Part shown: positions 24,172 to 38,053 of the stretch, one piece after another
Numbering within the stretch: the stretch's first letter is position 1
Layout of the letters: each line of letters starts with the position of its first letter
Assembly (NCBI RefSeq): GCF_006345805.1
Contig: NC_042999.1
Span: forward strand, 73,408,001 to 73,472,000
DNA: 64,000 nt
Reading direction: 5' to 3'
DNA from: Octopus sinensis
Lineage: Eukaryota
The notes under the pieces: model-generated
What the model saw: the letters and a program-made list of their open reading frames with translations, nothing else
Databases searched by the model: none
Told to the model about the DNA's origin: nothing
Translations under genes and position numbers: made by a program

Positions 24172-24540
24172 AAGGCGGCGAGCTGGCAGAAACGTTAGCA
24201 CGCCGGGCGAAATACTTAGCGGTATTTCGTCTGTCTTTACGTTCTGAGTTCAATTTCCGCCGAGGTCGACTTTGCCTTTCATCCTTTCGGGGTCGATTAA
24301 ATAAGTACCAGTTACGCACTGGGGTCGATATAATCAACTTATTTCGTTTGTCTGTCCTAGTTTGTCCTCTCTGTGTTTATCCCCTTGTGGGTAGTAAAGA
24401 AATAGGTATTTCGTCTGTCTTTACGTTCTGAGTTCAAATTCCGCCGAGGTCGACTTTGCCTTTCATCCTTTCGGGGTTGATAAATTAATCGACTGGCCCT
24501 CTCCCCAAAAATTTCGGACCTTGTGCCTAGAATAGAAAAA
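24172..24540 (+). mobile_element. SINE with one head and two tandem body units
   Basis: Head aaggcggcgagctggcagaaacgttagc; ggtatttcgtctg at 24221 and 24405. Confidence 0.85.
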
Positions 24541-26843
24541 AAATAATAACACTTTAATGATATGCTTACTCTATATTAGCGATCATCTTGATTATGAGTA
24601 ATGGCGTGATGATCGAATGGGTGAGATAACTGGTTATGAATTCAAATCTACTTTTGGTGTTTTATTGAAAACTTTGTTTATCTTTATTTTTGCTCATGCA
24701 GCTCTGAAGAATATGACTTCATCATCAAGGAATATCACTGCCGATACACTGTCTTTACGATCAAATATAAACATCTGCTTTATACAAATGTTGCTTTCTA
24801 TGTATATGTGCCTGATATGGGAAATTCAGGTATCTTGGCAGTTTGGTAAACAGCACCAATATTGACTTCAAAGTCAGAAAAGCAGAAGATTGTGTAGTGT
24901 GTCACAAACTTAAGAGAATATGAATTCAAGATTGTCAAGAGGAACACAAATCAGACTGTTCCTTGCTACTGTGAGTTAGTGCTCTTGCAAGGCAGCAAAA
25001 CATGTACACATACCAAGGAAGCAAAGACGAAATTTGATGGCTTCTACTCTGGATGCGAAATGACAACAGCACATGACCAATGCCAAAAGTAACCCGCAAA
25101 AGCAGGAAATTACGTCTCCGCACATCAGAAGAAGCATCAAAACTTGTTCTCTGGAATCCCCGGCATGGTACTGGTAAGCATGCCAGTCTTCGTCTGACAT
25201 TTGTCGACAACCTGAAGGACTCAAGATTGGATTCTATCCAAGTACTGAAGGTAGCAATGATGAATCGAGATGCTTGACGAAATGGCTTTGTCTTCGAAGA
25301 CCGGGTGGAAGCCCGGCCAAAGTAAAGTTAAAGTAATAATGTGCATGAGTGCATATGCACGCCTTATGTATATATCTGTATATGTACGTCTATATGTCGG
25401 TAGCTTAAATAAGGGAATGCATATGTTGGAGAATTTTTTTTCTCATAATAAGCAAAGCCTCCGACTCTTGGGTTATTCTCAGGCTAGAGACTTTGTTCGT
25501 ATACTTGTACGTAAAGGTCAGTCGGTGCCGCTAATCAGGGAGACAGATGATATTTTGAACTAAAATAATAAAACCGCTTGAATTTTCATTTTATTTATTT
25601 ATTCATCTTTAATTTGACAATCTAAAATAATCAAGAATAAACTACGAAAGCAGAACTCTCGGCAAAAATTAAGAGACTGAAGTCCCTGTTTCATATAGTA
25701 GAGAAGGTGAGCATCTTAAGTAAAAGAAAGTTTAAAATAACTAAAACCGCAATTATTTTTGCACCAACCAACAGTAAGACGGTTCAGTCTAAAAGATTGT
25801 GAGTGTAATCAAAACCTTGCAAACAGAATTTGATAAATGTGTGTGCGTTCGTGTGTGTGTGTGTGTGTGTGTGCATATGAGAGAGAAAGAAGTTGGGGAT
25901 GTGCAAACAAAGCAAAAGAGTGCTCAAAGTATTGTGAAGAGTTTATATTTATGTAAACAGTCGGAAATTGGTTCGTTCGTTATTCAGGGTTTCATATGTA
26001 CTTAAAATAGAAGTGTAATCATTCACATGTCTCTCGTAAACGGAGGTGTAACCACAAATCACTGGTAAAACTACTGATTATTGGTCGTTGTTAACGTCCT
26101 TTTTAGTGATCAAAGTAAATCGCATAGCCGAAAATGTTGTTATAAATCGAACTATTTAATACGAAATAGAACCATATTGCGAACTTTTGAAAGTTCCTCT
26201 TGTCCACGTTTTACCAGCAGACATCGAACTACGGATTGTCAAACTGAGCACTAACTAACTACAACGATCTGAACAATCTTAGAATGATTTCATAGAAACT
26301 GACTCCGTTCACTAATTAATTAATAGTTTTAAAGTATGACACGGACATCCGTTTTAATTATTGATTAATCAATACGAACCTAATTCTATAGCTTCACAAA
26401 ACCTATATTTATGTGATTCGTATTATTATGTATTATTTATTCATAACTCACGCCGTATTGTAACTGTAGCAATTAATTTAGGAAGACGTCATGACAAAGC
26501 AACAACTATGTCAGAATGGCCATATTATACACTCAATAAATTACCGCTCATCCAGAGACAGTAAAAGATTTGAGAGTTAAATTGAAGAAAGGAAGAAATT
26601 GTGACTAAACGTAAAATGAAATCTATTTTACTAAAATCAGAGTCAAAACTATTGAAAAGGTTGCAAGACGCAACGAAAATTTTAGAAAAATAAAAAAGAA
26701 ATAAATGGAAATTTTACCGGTGAATGTATTAAATTATAAGGCACCAAAAGAGAAAGACTCTCCCCAGACACAACAGTAAACAATAAATCCTCTTAATATA
26801 TATATTTTCCATTGATTCCTATATCAGCAGTGTTAGGTTTTAC

Positions 26844-26933
26844 TTTCCGTGCAATATGGTGGTCTATAAGTTCATTGCTCAAATTCTCTGGGTCTTCTGC
26901 ATAGATGATAGAACAAGCAGTCAAATTTCGTTC
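26844..26933 (-). CDS. Candidate 90-nt exon (ERNLTACSIIYAEDPENLSNELIDHHIARK)
   Basis: ag/gt flanked, with only one open frame; weak acceptor. Confidence 0.25.
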
Positions 26934-27401
26934 CTGTCACTCACTAATTCTTTAAAAAAGTATGTCTGGAAAATGAACTGATTTATTTGGTTTACTATCG
27001 ATCACTATAACTTGGAAAGAGATTTGTTCTGGGGATTTTTTGACAAAATATTTAAAGCCGAAGCTAGCCGCCACTGACCACTCAAAATACGACAATCAAG
27101 GCACTCCCAAATTCTCCCTCTCCCCTTCTTCTCATCCTTCTTGTTCTTCTTCCCTACCAAGAATTCACAACGACCTCGAACCCACAAGTGTACACAAGAT
27201 AGACAGAGAAAGGCAGAAACAAGGAAAATGCCACTTATATTTGAACACTATACAAATATTCCTTTAAAAAAACTTTTCTTTTAATTTTTCTAAATATAAT
27301 TATTTAATCGTTACAGTTGAAAAGGTATCAAATGACTGAAACCGGTACTGAAATGTTCTTTATAAAATTATTTTAGCATTTTCTATCTTGACTTGTTTTT
27401 C

Positions 27402-27432
<31 letters not shown>

Positions 27433-27438
27433 ATAATA

Positions 27439-27476
<38 letters not shown>

Positions 27477-27607
27477 GGGAATAAATCCAAACTTACAGGG
27501 AAAAATTAGATTTAGGATTAAATTCCCGCTAAGTAACGGGGACATAAACACACCAGCATCGGTTGTCAAGCAATGCTAGGGGGACAAACACAGACACAAA
27601 CACACAC

Positions 27608-27672
<65 letters not shown>

Positions 27673-27674
27673 TA

Positions 27675-27820
27675 CGACTGGCTTCTTTCAGTTTCCGTCT
27701 ACCAAATCCACTCACAAGGCTTTGGTTGGCCCGAGGCTATAGTAGAAGACACTTGACCAAGGTGCCACGCAGTGGGACTGAACCCGGAACCATGTGGCTG
27801 GTAAACAAGCTACTTACCAC

Positions 27821-27825
<5 letters not shown>
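27675..27825 (-). mobile_element. tRNA-derived SINE (head TGTGTGGTAAG..GGTTCAGTCCC; CCTTGGxCAAG core)
   Basis: A-box and B-box-like motifs on the minus strand; copies at 37628-37758, 50060-50200, 55770-56010 and 62758-62915. Confidence 0.85.
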
Positions 27826-27912
<87 letters not shown>

Positions 27913-29050
27913 CATTACACACGCCCACACACCTACATACACACACATACATACACACACATACACGGACACACCCATACATACTTACATACATACACCT
28001 ATACACACACGCCTACACACCTACATACACACACATGCATACACACACACACATGTACGCACATACACACACATATACGCACATACATATATACCCACAC
28101 ACATGCACACACACACACATACGCACATGCATGCATGCATGCACACGCGCACACCTACACGCATACACACACACACGCACGTACACATACATACATACAC
28201 ACACGCATACATACACCCATACACATACATGCATCCTACACACACATACATACACACTCACACATACATACACACACACACACACACTCACACACCTGTA
28301 TGTACGCGCACACACATGCACATACACACACTTCCCCACACCCACACGTACATACATACACACACATACACATACACACACACACACACACGGACATACA
28401 TCTATGCACACACATATATACCCACATACTCACATACATTCATCGGACACACTGCCACCCAGACATACACACAGACACACTCACACATCCACACACATAC
28501 ATACTTACGCGCATACTCGCAGGCACGCGCACACACGCGCTTGCGCCGGTTCGCGCACGCATACGCGCCGCATGCACCTCGCTCTCGTACCCGACGAGAC
28601 CTCCCGCCCGTTCCTGGGACCGTCGCTTGTCGTTGGGTTTTCACACGCCCGTCTCCGCGGGACCACTCTTCCATCTTCCCCTCAGCTGGTGTCCTTTTTC
28701 CTTAACCCCCCCCCCTTTTTTCGTTACACACACGCGCACACATATACACACATTGCTTAAATATATACATTACTCTTACATACATTCAATCTACTCGCCA
28801 TTAATACTACCACGACACTGGACACACACACACACTACTACTCAACACACGCTGGCACGCTACATACGCCCCCACCCCTTCCCCTCCCTCCCTTCCTCCT
28901 TCCTTCTTTTTCTTACTACTGACCTTTGTCTGCTATGCTGACCACTGTCTCGCCCTACCTCACACGCCTACACACAGACGCACACACTAACACATACATA
29001 TATTTTTTGTTTTTTTATCTCGCCTCACACACACACATACACACACATCT
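27825..29050. repeat. (TA)n followed by degenerate (CA/CATA)n low-complexity tract
   Basis: Direct; source of the 395, 303 and 268 aa H/T/Y-rich ORFs. Confidence 0.95.
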
Positions 29051-29220
29051 GTTGCGTTACCAACCTTGTCTCCACTCTTTTGCCTTTAAAAACCTAACTT
29101 ACTCTTGTTATCGTAAACATCCGCCTTTCACCATGTGTAACTCGTAAACACCAGTCGTTTTTTTTCTCTATCCCTGTTGCCCGCTCTGGGATCTTTCTTT
29201 CCTCTTTCTTCCTTCTTTAT

Positions 29221-29255
29221 GTTTCCGACGAAGAGCTCCGCTCGAAACGTCATAC
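29221..29255 (+). ncRNA. Second copy of the CCGACGA hammerhead-like motif, with canonical GUC site
   Basis: GTTT CCGACGA A GAGC-TCC-GCTC GAAA CG TC ATAC. Confidence 0.55.
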
Positions 29256-29344
29256 CTCCCTGCTTCCATTTCCTGAGCGCCTATTAATAATAATACTGTA
29301 ATGTGTTCCATTGTTGTTGTTTTTTTGTTTCCCGTTTGGATTAA

Positions 29345-29349
29345 AATTA

Positions 29350-29383
<34 letters not shown>

Positions 29384-29434
29384 CATATATATATATACAT
29401 ATATATATAATATACATATATATATAATATATAC

Positions 29435-29465
<31 letters not shown>

Positions 29466-29695
29466 ATATCTATATATATATACCATATATATATACATAT
29501 ATATAGACATATATATACATATATATACATATATATATACATATATATAACATATATATACATATATATATAAAATATATACATATATATACATATATAT
29601 ATACATATATATATACATATATATACATATATATACATATATATATACATATATATTACATATATATAACATATATATATATACATATGTATATA

Positions 29696-29731
<36 letters not shown>

Positions 29732-29885
29732 CATATATATATAATATACATATATGTATATATATATATACATATATATACACACATACATACGCACACA
29801 TAAATATATGTGTGTGTACACATATATATATATACGTATATACACACACACAAAAACACACACAAACACACACAGACATACGTAC
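29345..29885. repeat. Degenerate (TA/TAC)n tract
   Basis: Direct. Confidence 0.97.
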
Positions 29886-30729
29886 ATATGTGTGCGTGTT
29901 TGTGTGTGAGATGTATAAGGCATTTGGAAATAGAGATAATTCTAAACATCAAACGAATCCTATCATATTGCAGTAAGCAGATAACCGCTACTTGTTACAA
30001 TTAGTTTTACTTAGTTGAATATTTTTATGCATTTTTACCGTTTAATATTGCTTCACTCATTTTTTTTTTATTCTGCAAGTATGTTTTAGAAAACAGGAAT
30101 GATATACTTGATATATGAAAGTGATATTAAAACTTGTCGTTCTTAGTATTTCCTGTGCAAAGAAAACGAAAAATAAATCCAGTTTTAATGCTTATTACAT
30201 ATATCTTCTTGTCACCGTTATTTGGATCAGTAGTAGACGGTGTAGTACATTACTTTCACTTTCGAGTTAGAATAAATACAAGAGTGCTAAATACGTAATA
30301 CAGAGTTTATTATTAGCAAATATATAAACTATGTCTTAGTGGTGTTATATTTATCAACAATCACCAACAAAAGCAGAATATAATTTATTATACGACTGTA
30401 CATTATGTCTTGTGCGAACATGTGCCTGTCATTTTACTGTTGTGTTTATGTACTATTGTATAACCCTTTATGGATAACTATTTATGTGTCTGTGTATATA
30501 TCTATGTGTTGACGGATTCGTGTTTATGAACAATCATTAGTAAGGGTGAAGCAGAATTCATAGAAGAAAGTTATTCAAAAATGTTAATTATAGACGTTGC
30601 ATGAATCACTCACACCGGATTTTTTAATTAGTCTATCTTACGAAGGGTGTCAAATCGAAGGATGTCAAGATTCATCAGAGGAATCTATTTAAATGCCTCG
30701 GATTTTACCGAAAAAAGCATAGTGTTTAC

Positions 30730-30949
30730 TGATTTTAACCCACGCTGGTGGAAAGGGGAGAGCAGAAATTCTTCGCTTGCATATTTGAGTTTGTTGGCAC
30801 TGTTAGTTACGAGCGGATCTTCAGAAGCGATAGGAGGCCGAAGGGGTATGCTCCCACTTTCAGTGTTTTCAAATCCAAACCAGGGAGTTCTGAGCTGATG
30901 ATAGAAATGTCGAGTTTGACTAATCTTGAAACGTACGTTCTCAAATAAC
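30730..30949 (-). CDS. Candidate exon (LFENVRFKISQ...PFHQRGLKS)
   Basis: Acceptor aatgcaaag and donor gtaaac; phase-compatible with 31469-31721 and 26844-26933. Confidence 0.25.
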
Positions 30950-31247
30950 CTTTGCATTTGATTTTTTAATGTCTCTACCCCCGATACTTTCGTGAGTTGA
31001 ATTGAGCAAACACTATATGAGAGAGGTTTTCTTTAAGTATTAGAAATAGTTTTATAAATGTTTTTTAGCTGCTATTTCTAATGAGTTCAGTATGCGGCAA
31101 AGTAATTTATTTTACTAAGCCCTTTTATATAATGTAATAATTTGAATTCGCCTTAAATGGTCCCTTTGCATACTGAACACTTGGTGAAATTGATTAATTA
31201 ATTAATTTTACCCTCAATTGTTGAAATTATATATATATATATATATA

Positions 31248-31288
<41 letters not shown>

Positions 31289-31468
31289 CGATTTGTGTTG
31301 CTTTTTGTATTTGATGAGTTTGTGCGTTTTCAGGATATCGTTCATTTTTGGATCTCTAGTTAGTAAAGGAAGATTTTGCACAATAGTGTTGAATGCCTCA
31401 CTGTTTCTGGGGTTGAGTATTGATATGAATAGTAGATGAGGTGTGGTGTTATGTTTTGTTGTTCTTAC

Positions 31469-31721
31469 TCCATACAATTTGTGACATTAACCGCATAGCT
31501 GAGATGGACTGGAAGGTGGAATGTATACGCGAGAAATCCGTGTATGTATTGATATCTATGGATGTATTTATCAGTGGGTACACGTATTTCTCGTTTATAT
31601 ATTTTTGGTATACTTCTACGGATGAATGCAGAACAAATTCTTGCAGAGCATAACATCTTGAGGTATAGAGTTATCGAAAAAATTTTTTGTATATTTTCTT
31701 GCTCATTCCCTCGCGTTCGGC
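31469..31721 (-). CDS. Candidate 253-nt exon (RTRGNEQENIQK...AVNVTNCME)
   Basis: Acceptor ttttctatattcaaccacag and donor gtaaga; one frame is open throughout. Confidence 0.28.
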
Positions 31722-31894
31722 CTGTGGTTGAATATAGAAAACATATCTCAGAGTGGATTGTAGGTATTTGACATCTACTTCTAACGTAGGTCGCTGGTCA
31801 CATCCAGTAGCCCTAAAATTTAATTTTTACCTGTATGGTCAGTGTTATGCGCTAGGCCACTGATATAATGATTTTTTTATTGTATCCTTATTTT

Positions 31895-31972
<78 letters not shown>

Positions 31973-32635
31973 GTTAGTCTCGCTATGCCTAAGTGAAATA
32001 TTAATGTGTATGTACGTGTGGTTGTGTGTGCGCGTGTGTTTGTGTGTGTGCGCGTATATTAAGATACATACATACATACATACATACATACATACATACA
32101 TACATACATACATACATACATACATACATACATACATACATTGATCAGTTCATGAAATCGCAGCGATTTGATCTACGTGGGTGTAAGGATACAGATAAAA
32201 CACACAAATAATACGAGTAAAAGGAAGAGGTGGCAAACAAACAAATAATGCATGGAGTTAGACAAGCGAAAGCACGTGCCTGAAAAGCCAAGAAATATAA
32301 AGCAAAAAATAACAACTGAGAAGTATACAATGAAGATAAATGTGCCAGAGGAAGAAACAGGAAAGAATCTAGCATTTCGATGGACATCCGTTATCAAAAA
32401 GAAGGAAAAGGATTAAGAGATGCAAGAGAAAGAGAAGATATACAATACCGAATTTAAAACGTCGCTTTGCATGCTATTTCTTAAATTCTATATCACCTGG
32501 TCTCCTATTGTTTGTTGTAAAGAAAATATGTAGTTTCTATTTAGTTGTATCGTGACATAATATATAACACGTGATTAGAATATATACAGTGTTTATATTT
32601 AAATGTATCATTTACATACAGACACACACTTGTGA

Positions 32636-32700
32636 CCGTATTTTCCGGCGTATAAGATGCACTCTCCAATAAGATGCACCACTATTTTCCAAGTATATTT
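32636..32700 (+). mobile_element. Terminal fragment of a Tc2/pogo-like MITE
   Basis: CCGTATTTTCCGGCGTATAAGATGCAC resembles a Tc2-type TIR; no partner end found. Confidence 0.35.
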
Positions 32701-35700
32701 AGTATGTTTAATCACACACTTATTGGAAGATATTTTAAAGTAACTTACTGGGGGAAATTCATAATTCTGTACATGTAAATATAATATTGAGACAGTATAC
32801 CGGAACAAAATATGAAACCATAAATTTATCAAATATAAACTACGTTATGGGATTATCATATCTCAGTTTCGCCTTCTTTTCGATCATCTGTATAGTTATT
32901 TATATTTTAGCCAAGTGAACGGTCATACAGAATGTGAAACTCGTATATATGGCGTTTTAGGCCAAGACTGTTGTACACTACTGCTATGATTTTGTTGTCA
33001 TCCTCTCGTTTCAAAAACCCCTAATAAAAGGATGAACGTTTGTTAACATTCCATTCATCTTTCTATGGTAATTTTTCATTTAGAAAAATTTTATAAAAAA
33101 TATTCATCAGAATTAGAATAAATTAAGATAATTATGTTTACGGAGTGGTATAAGCTAATGTAACCTTCCCACGTAACTGTCAACGAAGAAGCAAATTTTC
33201 GAAAGTTTGTGCCGCGGCAGATTGTGATATTTTGGCTTGTTTTCTTTTTATCCAATCCCTCCTTCATTTTTTTTTTTTTAGGTATGGTGTGATTTGAAGA
33301 CAATGTTACTGTTATTTCTAGCAGACCTAACAACAACATAGGGAGCACTCTAGTTTTCAAATAAATGAGTAGAGGCATTTATTATTTAAACATCTGAACG
33401 TAAGGCACATAACACAGTGCTAATGACAAGATGCGAACTATTTCACTTGTTGATTGTCTCATACTCTACACTGAGGGACACGTGCGCGCGCGTATGTGTG
33501 CATGAGCCTAAATCTGCTTTCAAGCTGAATGGATAATTTACATACAGCTAAGCCTATTTCTCAGCAACTTCATTGATTGGCTATGTTGATATTCTATAAT
33601 TCCTCGACATTAGTTCTACTGATAATAATAGAACCATTATGGATATATCCTTGCAACTACACTTTTAGTTTTACTAATGTCCCTTTTAGATGACAGTAAT
33701 CTATGTTTTATTACTGTTAAAATATTAATTTATCTTCATTCTCTGCAGTTGTTTCCGAGATCATTTAAAAATAACTTATGCAGAGTAACATTTGCTGCTG
33801 TGTTCAATATTAAATGAGTGGCTGCAGCCTGTTGAGTATTTTTGGTAACAGAATCCTGATTAGATTAAGCTTGAGAGGCGATTGCTTGCGAAGTAAGGAT
33901 TTGTGGATAAGCCATGCTCTTAAATAATCTAATGTTTAGGATTAAGTCCCTATCTGGTGTGAATATTCGCTTCACTAGGCAGTTGGCTTTAAATATCTCT
34001 TCACTATTCTTTGTTGTGAGATTCATCAGCTTAAAAAAATATACTTCATAAAATAATTTAAAAAATTGAAATTCTTTGATTAATTGAAGAAAACTTTTCA
34101 CGACTTCTTTAAATTAAGTAATCACGAGCAGTAACCGGTTGGATTGAACCTATGAATCTACTAGGACAGATTTATAAAACAAAGGAAAGAGTTTGTATTA
34201 GCGTTAGAATGAATTAAGATAATTTATTTGAAGTGGAAATTGACTTGTAGGTAGGACTTAACCAAGTTAATCTCTTGCTAGATGGCGCTTGAAATATTTA
34301 TAATGGCTTCAAAGTTTGACACAAGGCCAGCAATATTAGGGGAGGAAAAAATATTGCTAAGTATTGTATCCGACTCTTTGCGTTCTGAGTTCAAATCCCG
34401 ATCCTACCAGCTCACTGCCATTACTCAAAATATTCATCATAATGATTTCTTTTATCAAGAGGCGGGTTTAAATTTGGTAGGATATTTATTTCGTTGATCC
34501 TGGAGAACAGATAAACAACGCCCGGTTACAACCTGATAAAAGCCATCCCCTACAAATATACACAGTGAACAACACACGTCCCTCTCGAACCCTATAGCAC
34601 CTCAAGCCAGCTGATTTGGCTGGACACAACCAGTATCTCTAGCAAAGTATCTGCTTTATCTTGGATCTATCCGAAACAACTAAGGTATTCTACTTAGGTA
34701 TGTAGTTTTACCTTCTTCACACACTCAAGTTTGTCTTTGTGGTTATGTGCGCAAGCATGGTTGTATGGTTGATAACTATTTTGAAACCATGAGCTTCCGA
34801 TTCTGCGGTGCTTTAGGCGAGTTCTACTACAATTATCTCGAGTTACCTGTTGTTAATAAGGGAAACTTGATTAACACTATGCGGTAGACCGTCTCAGTGC
34901 ACACGCGCATAACTATATATGCGTGCGGTGTGTGTGTGAAGATATACGTATGTATTTCGGGGGTGCGAAAACTAAGCTGACCTTGACAAGATTTGAACTT
35001 GTAACGTTAAGAGCCGTAACAAATACCACTAGCATTCTGTCAATCTAACACCTTTTACCATCCTTTTAATTATCTAACTTTTCTTCGAGACTAGATATTT
35101 AGGTCATCGACAAAGCAAGTATGAATTACCTTAGTATTTCTAGCAGTCTTGATAAGTACTGAATTTTTGTGAGAAAAATAAAAATTGGACCAGTCCTAAA
35201 ATAATGAAAAGAACGGAGAAATGGTCACCTTAAAGACAATCGTTGTTCTTTTAGTTTCAAGAATAATTGATTTATCAGTAGTTTGTAAGTCGTTCAAATG
35301 CCGCCCCAAAGGCAGCATGTAATTTCACTGAATACACTGCTTCAAGCATTTATATGTGATAAAGAGAATCAAGACTTTATCTATAACTGAGCCACATTAT
35401 TACGAGATTTCAGTAGTGAGTTGGTAAAATCGTTAGTACACCGAACAACTTGCATAGCCGCATTTTCTCCGGCTTTACTTTTTGAGTTCAAATTCGGCGA
35501 AAAGTGACTTTGCCTGTCATCTTTTCGAGGTCAGTTGAATAAGTACCAATTGAGCACTGGAGTTGATGTAATCGAATAGCCCTCCCCCTCAAAATATATT
35601 TCCAATCTAGTGCCTATAGTAGAAAGAAACAAATTATTCTTTATTTTCAATTTAGACATTGCACATCAATTAAAAATTGCGCGACACATCGTCACACTCG

Positions 35701-37329
35701 ATTCTTTCTACCTAACACTTTGTCACTTACTCTTTGTCTTACTTATAGTGGCCGTAGAATTGATTTTGGAAATTTGCGTACGGTTTGTAAATAATGTTTA
35801 TATAAACTCTCAACTTACAGCAGTTTTTCTAGAAAATTAGTTTTCATTATTGGCAACAAGGTGTGCCAATTTCACTTTTTACCGATTTGTATTTTTTTCT
35901 TTTTATCATTATTAATCTACGTCATTTTCCAGTGTCCAAGTAGTCTCTGTCTGGTGAGTTTCCAGTAATGCAACTTTCCTATAACTTTAATTTATAGAAG
36001 TTTCAGTTACTAGTGTATTTTATCATTGGTGTTTGTACAGTAATCATTTCAGTGCTTATTTATTTTATTTATTTTATATCGCTATTTAAGATCAACAGCA
36101 CCCTTTGTTCCGGCTTCCTAACGGTTAACCCTTTGTCCCATGCATATCTGACAATGAGAACAATAACGGAGCGTGTGTAACTCGGAGTTGAACAAATATC
36201 TCAATGCACTTCATTTTTAAAACATCTAGATAGATAGATAGGTAGGTAGGTAGGTAGGTAGGTAATTAGATAGGTAGGTAGGTAATTAGATAGGTAGGTA
36301 GGTAGGTAAATAGGTAGGTAGATAGAAAGATAGATAGATAGATAGATAGATAGGGAAAGCTACAAAAGACAGACATCAAAAATAACACAGGATAAGTCCA
36401 TAATCAATGATTTTAGTTTGACATTCTGAGAAATGGAAAGAGATAAATAGAATGACGTTTCGGACAATGTCCGTTTTCAAGACAGGGTACAATGTGGAAA
36501 GAGATGAGGTAAGACGGCGAGAACTCTCCGAAAGAATAAGAGATGCAACAACAAAAATGTCCACGTCAAGCTTATGTATGTAGGACGGAGTGCGCGCGCT
36601 TGTGGAAGCACGTGATTTAGTGTGTTGTACTCATGATCCTGAGATTGTGTTTCGATTCTTGGACTGGGCGATGTATTGCGTACTTAATTTCACATAAAAT
36701 TTCACATATAGTTTATTTTATATTATTTATGTCTATGAACTATATTTGGAATACAGAACATTATAATGAATTTTATACATACTTATTATAGATTACTGCA
36801 GAAAAGTTACAAAGGGGACATATATGGATTTCAAGATTCTAATACTAAAGTGTACTTACCAAAATTAAAAGCAGTAATTTTTAATTTATATTTCAAACAA
36901 ACACCATTTTCCCATATTACTTCATATTTTTAAGAAGTGTTGTCTATAAATGCTGATCAATATAGGATTGCATTATAGGGACAACACTTCTGTGAAGCGA
37001 TCGTAAGATGCTTTAAAAATTTAATTCGAAACTTTTAAACTGTCATATTTATTATTATATATTCATACTTATACATATTTACATATATTTATATATATTT
37101 ATATTTTTAATACAACAATTATTCTACACAAGTATATATCTTTCGGAAGAATTTTCTGATATTAATTTCCTGATATTATTAACAACATATTATATAGCAT
37201 ATATAATCGCTCGTATTAAAAGTATAAATACTTAAATAGTATTAATACTTTGATACAATAGAGCACTCAATGTAAATTCAGTATATTATATTCTCATTGA
37301 ATATATTTAACTAAAGATTTATATATATG

Positions 37330-37376
<47 letters not shown>

Positions 37377-37394
37377 ATACATGTATATATATGT

Positions 37395-37758
37395 ATATAC
37401 TCTTTACTCTTTCACTTGTTTCAGTCATTTGACTGCGGCCATGCTGGAGGACCGCCTTTAGTCGAGAAAATCGACCCCAGAACTTATTCTTTGTAAGCCC
37501 AGTACTTATTCTATCGCTCTTTTTGCCGAACCGCTAAGTGACGGGGACATAAACACACCAGCATCGGTTGTCAAGCAATGCTAGGGGGACAAACACAGAC
37601 ACACACACACACACACATATATATACATATATACGACAAGGCATTGGTCGGCCCGGGGCTATAGCAGAAGACACTTGCCCAAGATGCCACGCAGTGGGAC
37701 TGAACCCGGAACCATGTGGTTGGTTAGCAAACTACTTACCACACAGCCACTCCTGCAC
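37395..37758 (-). mobile_element. Composite tRNA-derived SINE (head at 37758, CA tract, 3' body to 37395)
   Basis: Matches the 27528-27825 and 50060-50470 architecture. Confidence 0.8.
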
Positions 37759-37759
37759 C

Positions 37760-37823
<64 letters not shown>

Positions 37824-37883
37824 TATATAAATATATATAAATATATATATGTATGTATATATATATATATGTATATATATATG

Positions 37884-37932
<49 letters not shown>

Positions 37933-38001
37933 GTATATATATATATATGTATGTATATATATATGTATGTATATATATATGTATGTATATATGTATGTAT
38001 G

Positions 38002-38053
<52 letters not shown>

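Noticed and set aside
27573-28941. Long ORFs of 395, 303 and 268 aa rich in H/T/Y/I
   Set aside because: They are translations of (TA)n and (CA)n tracts that lack stop codons; there is no domain signal.
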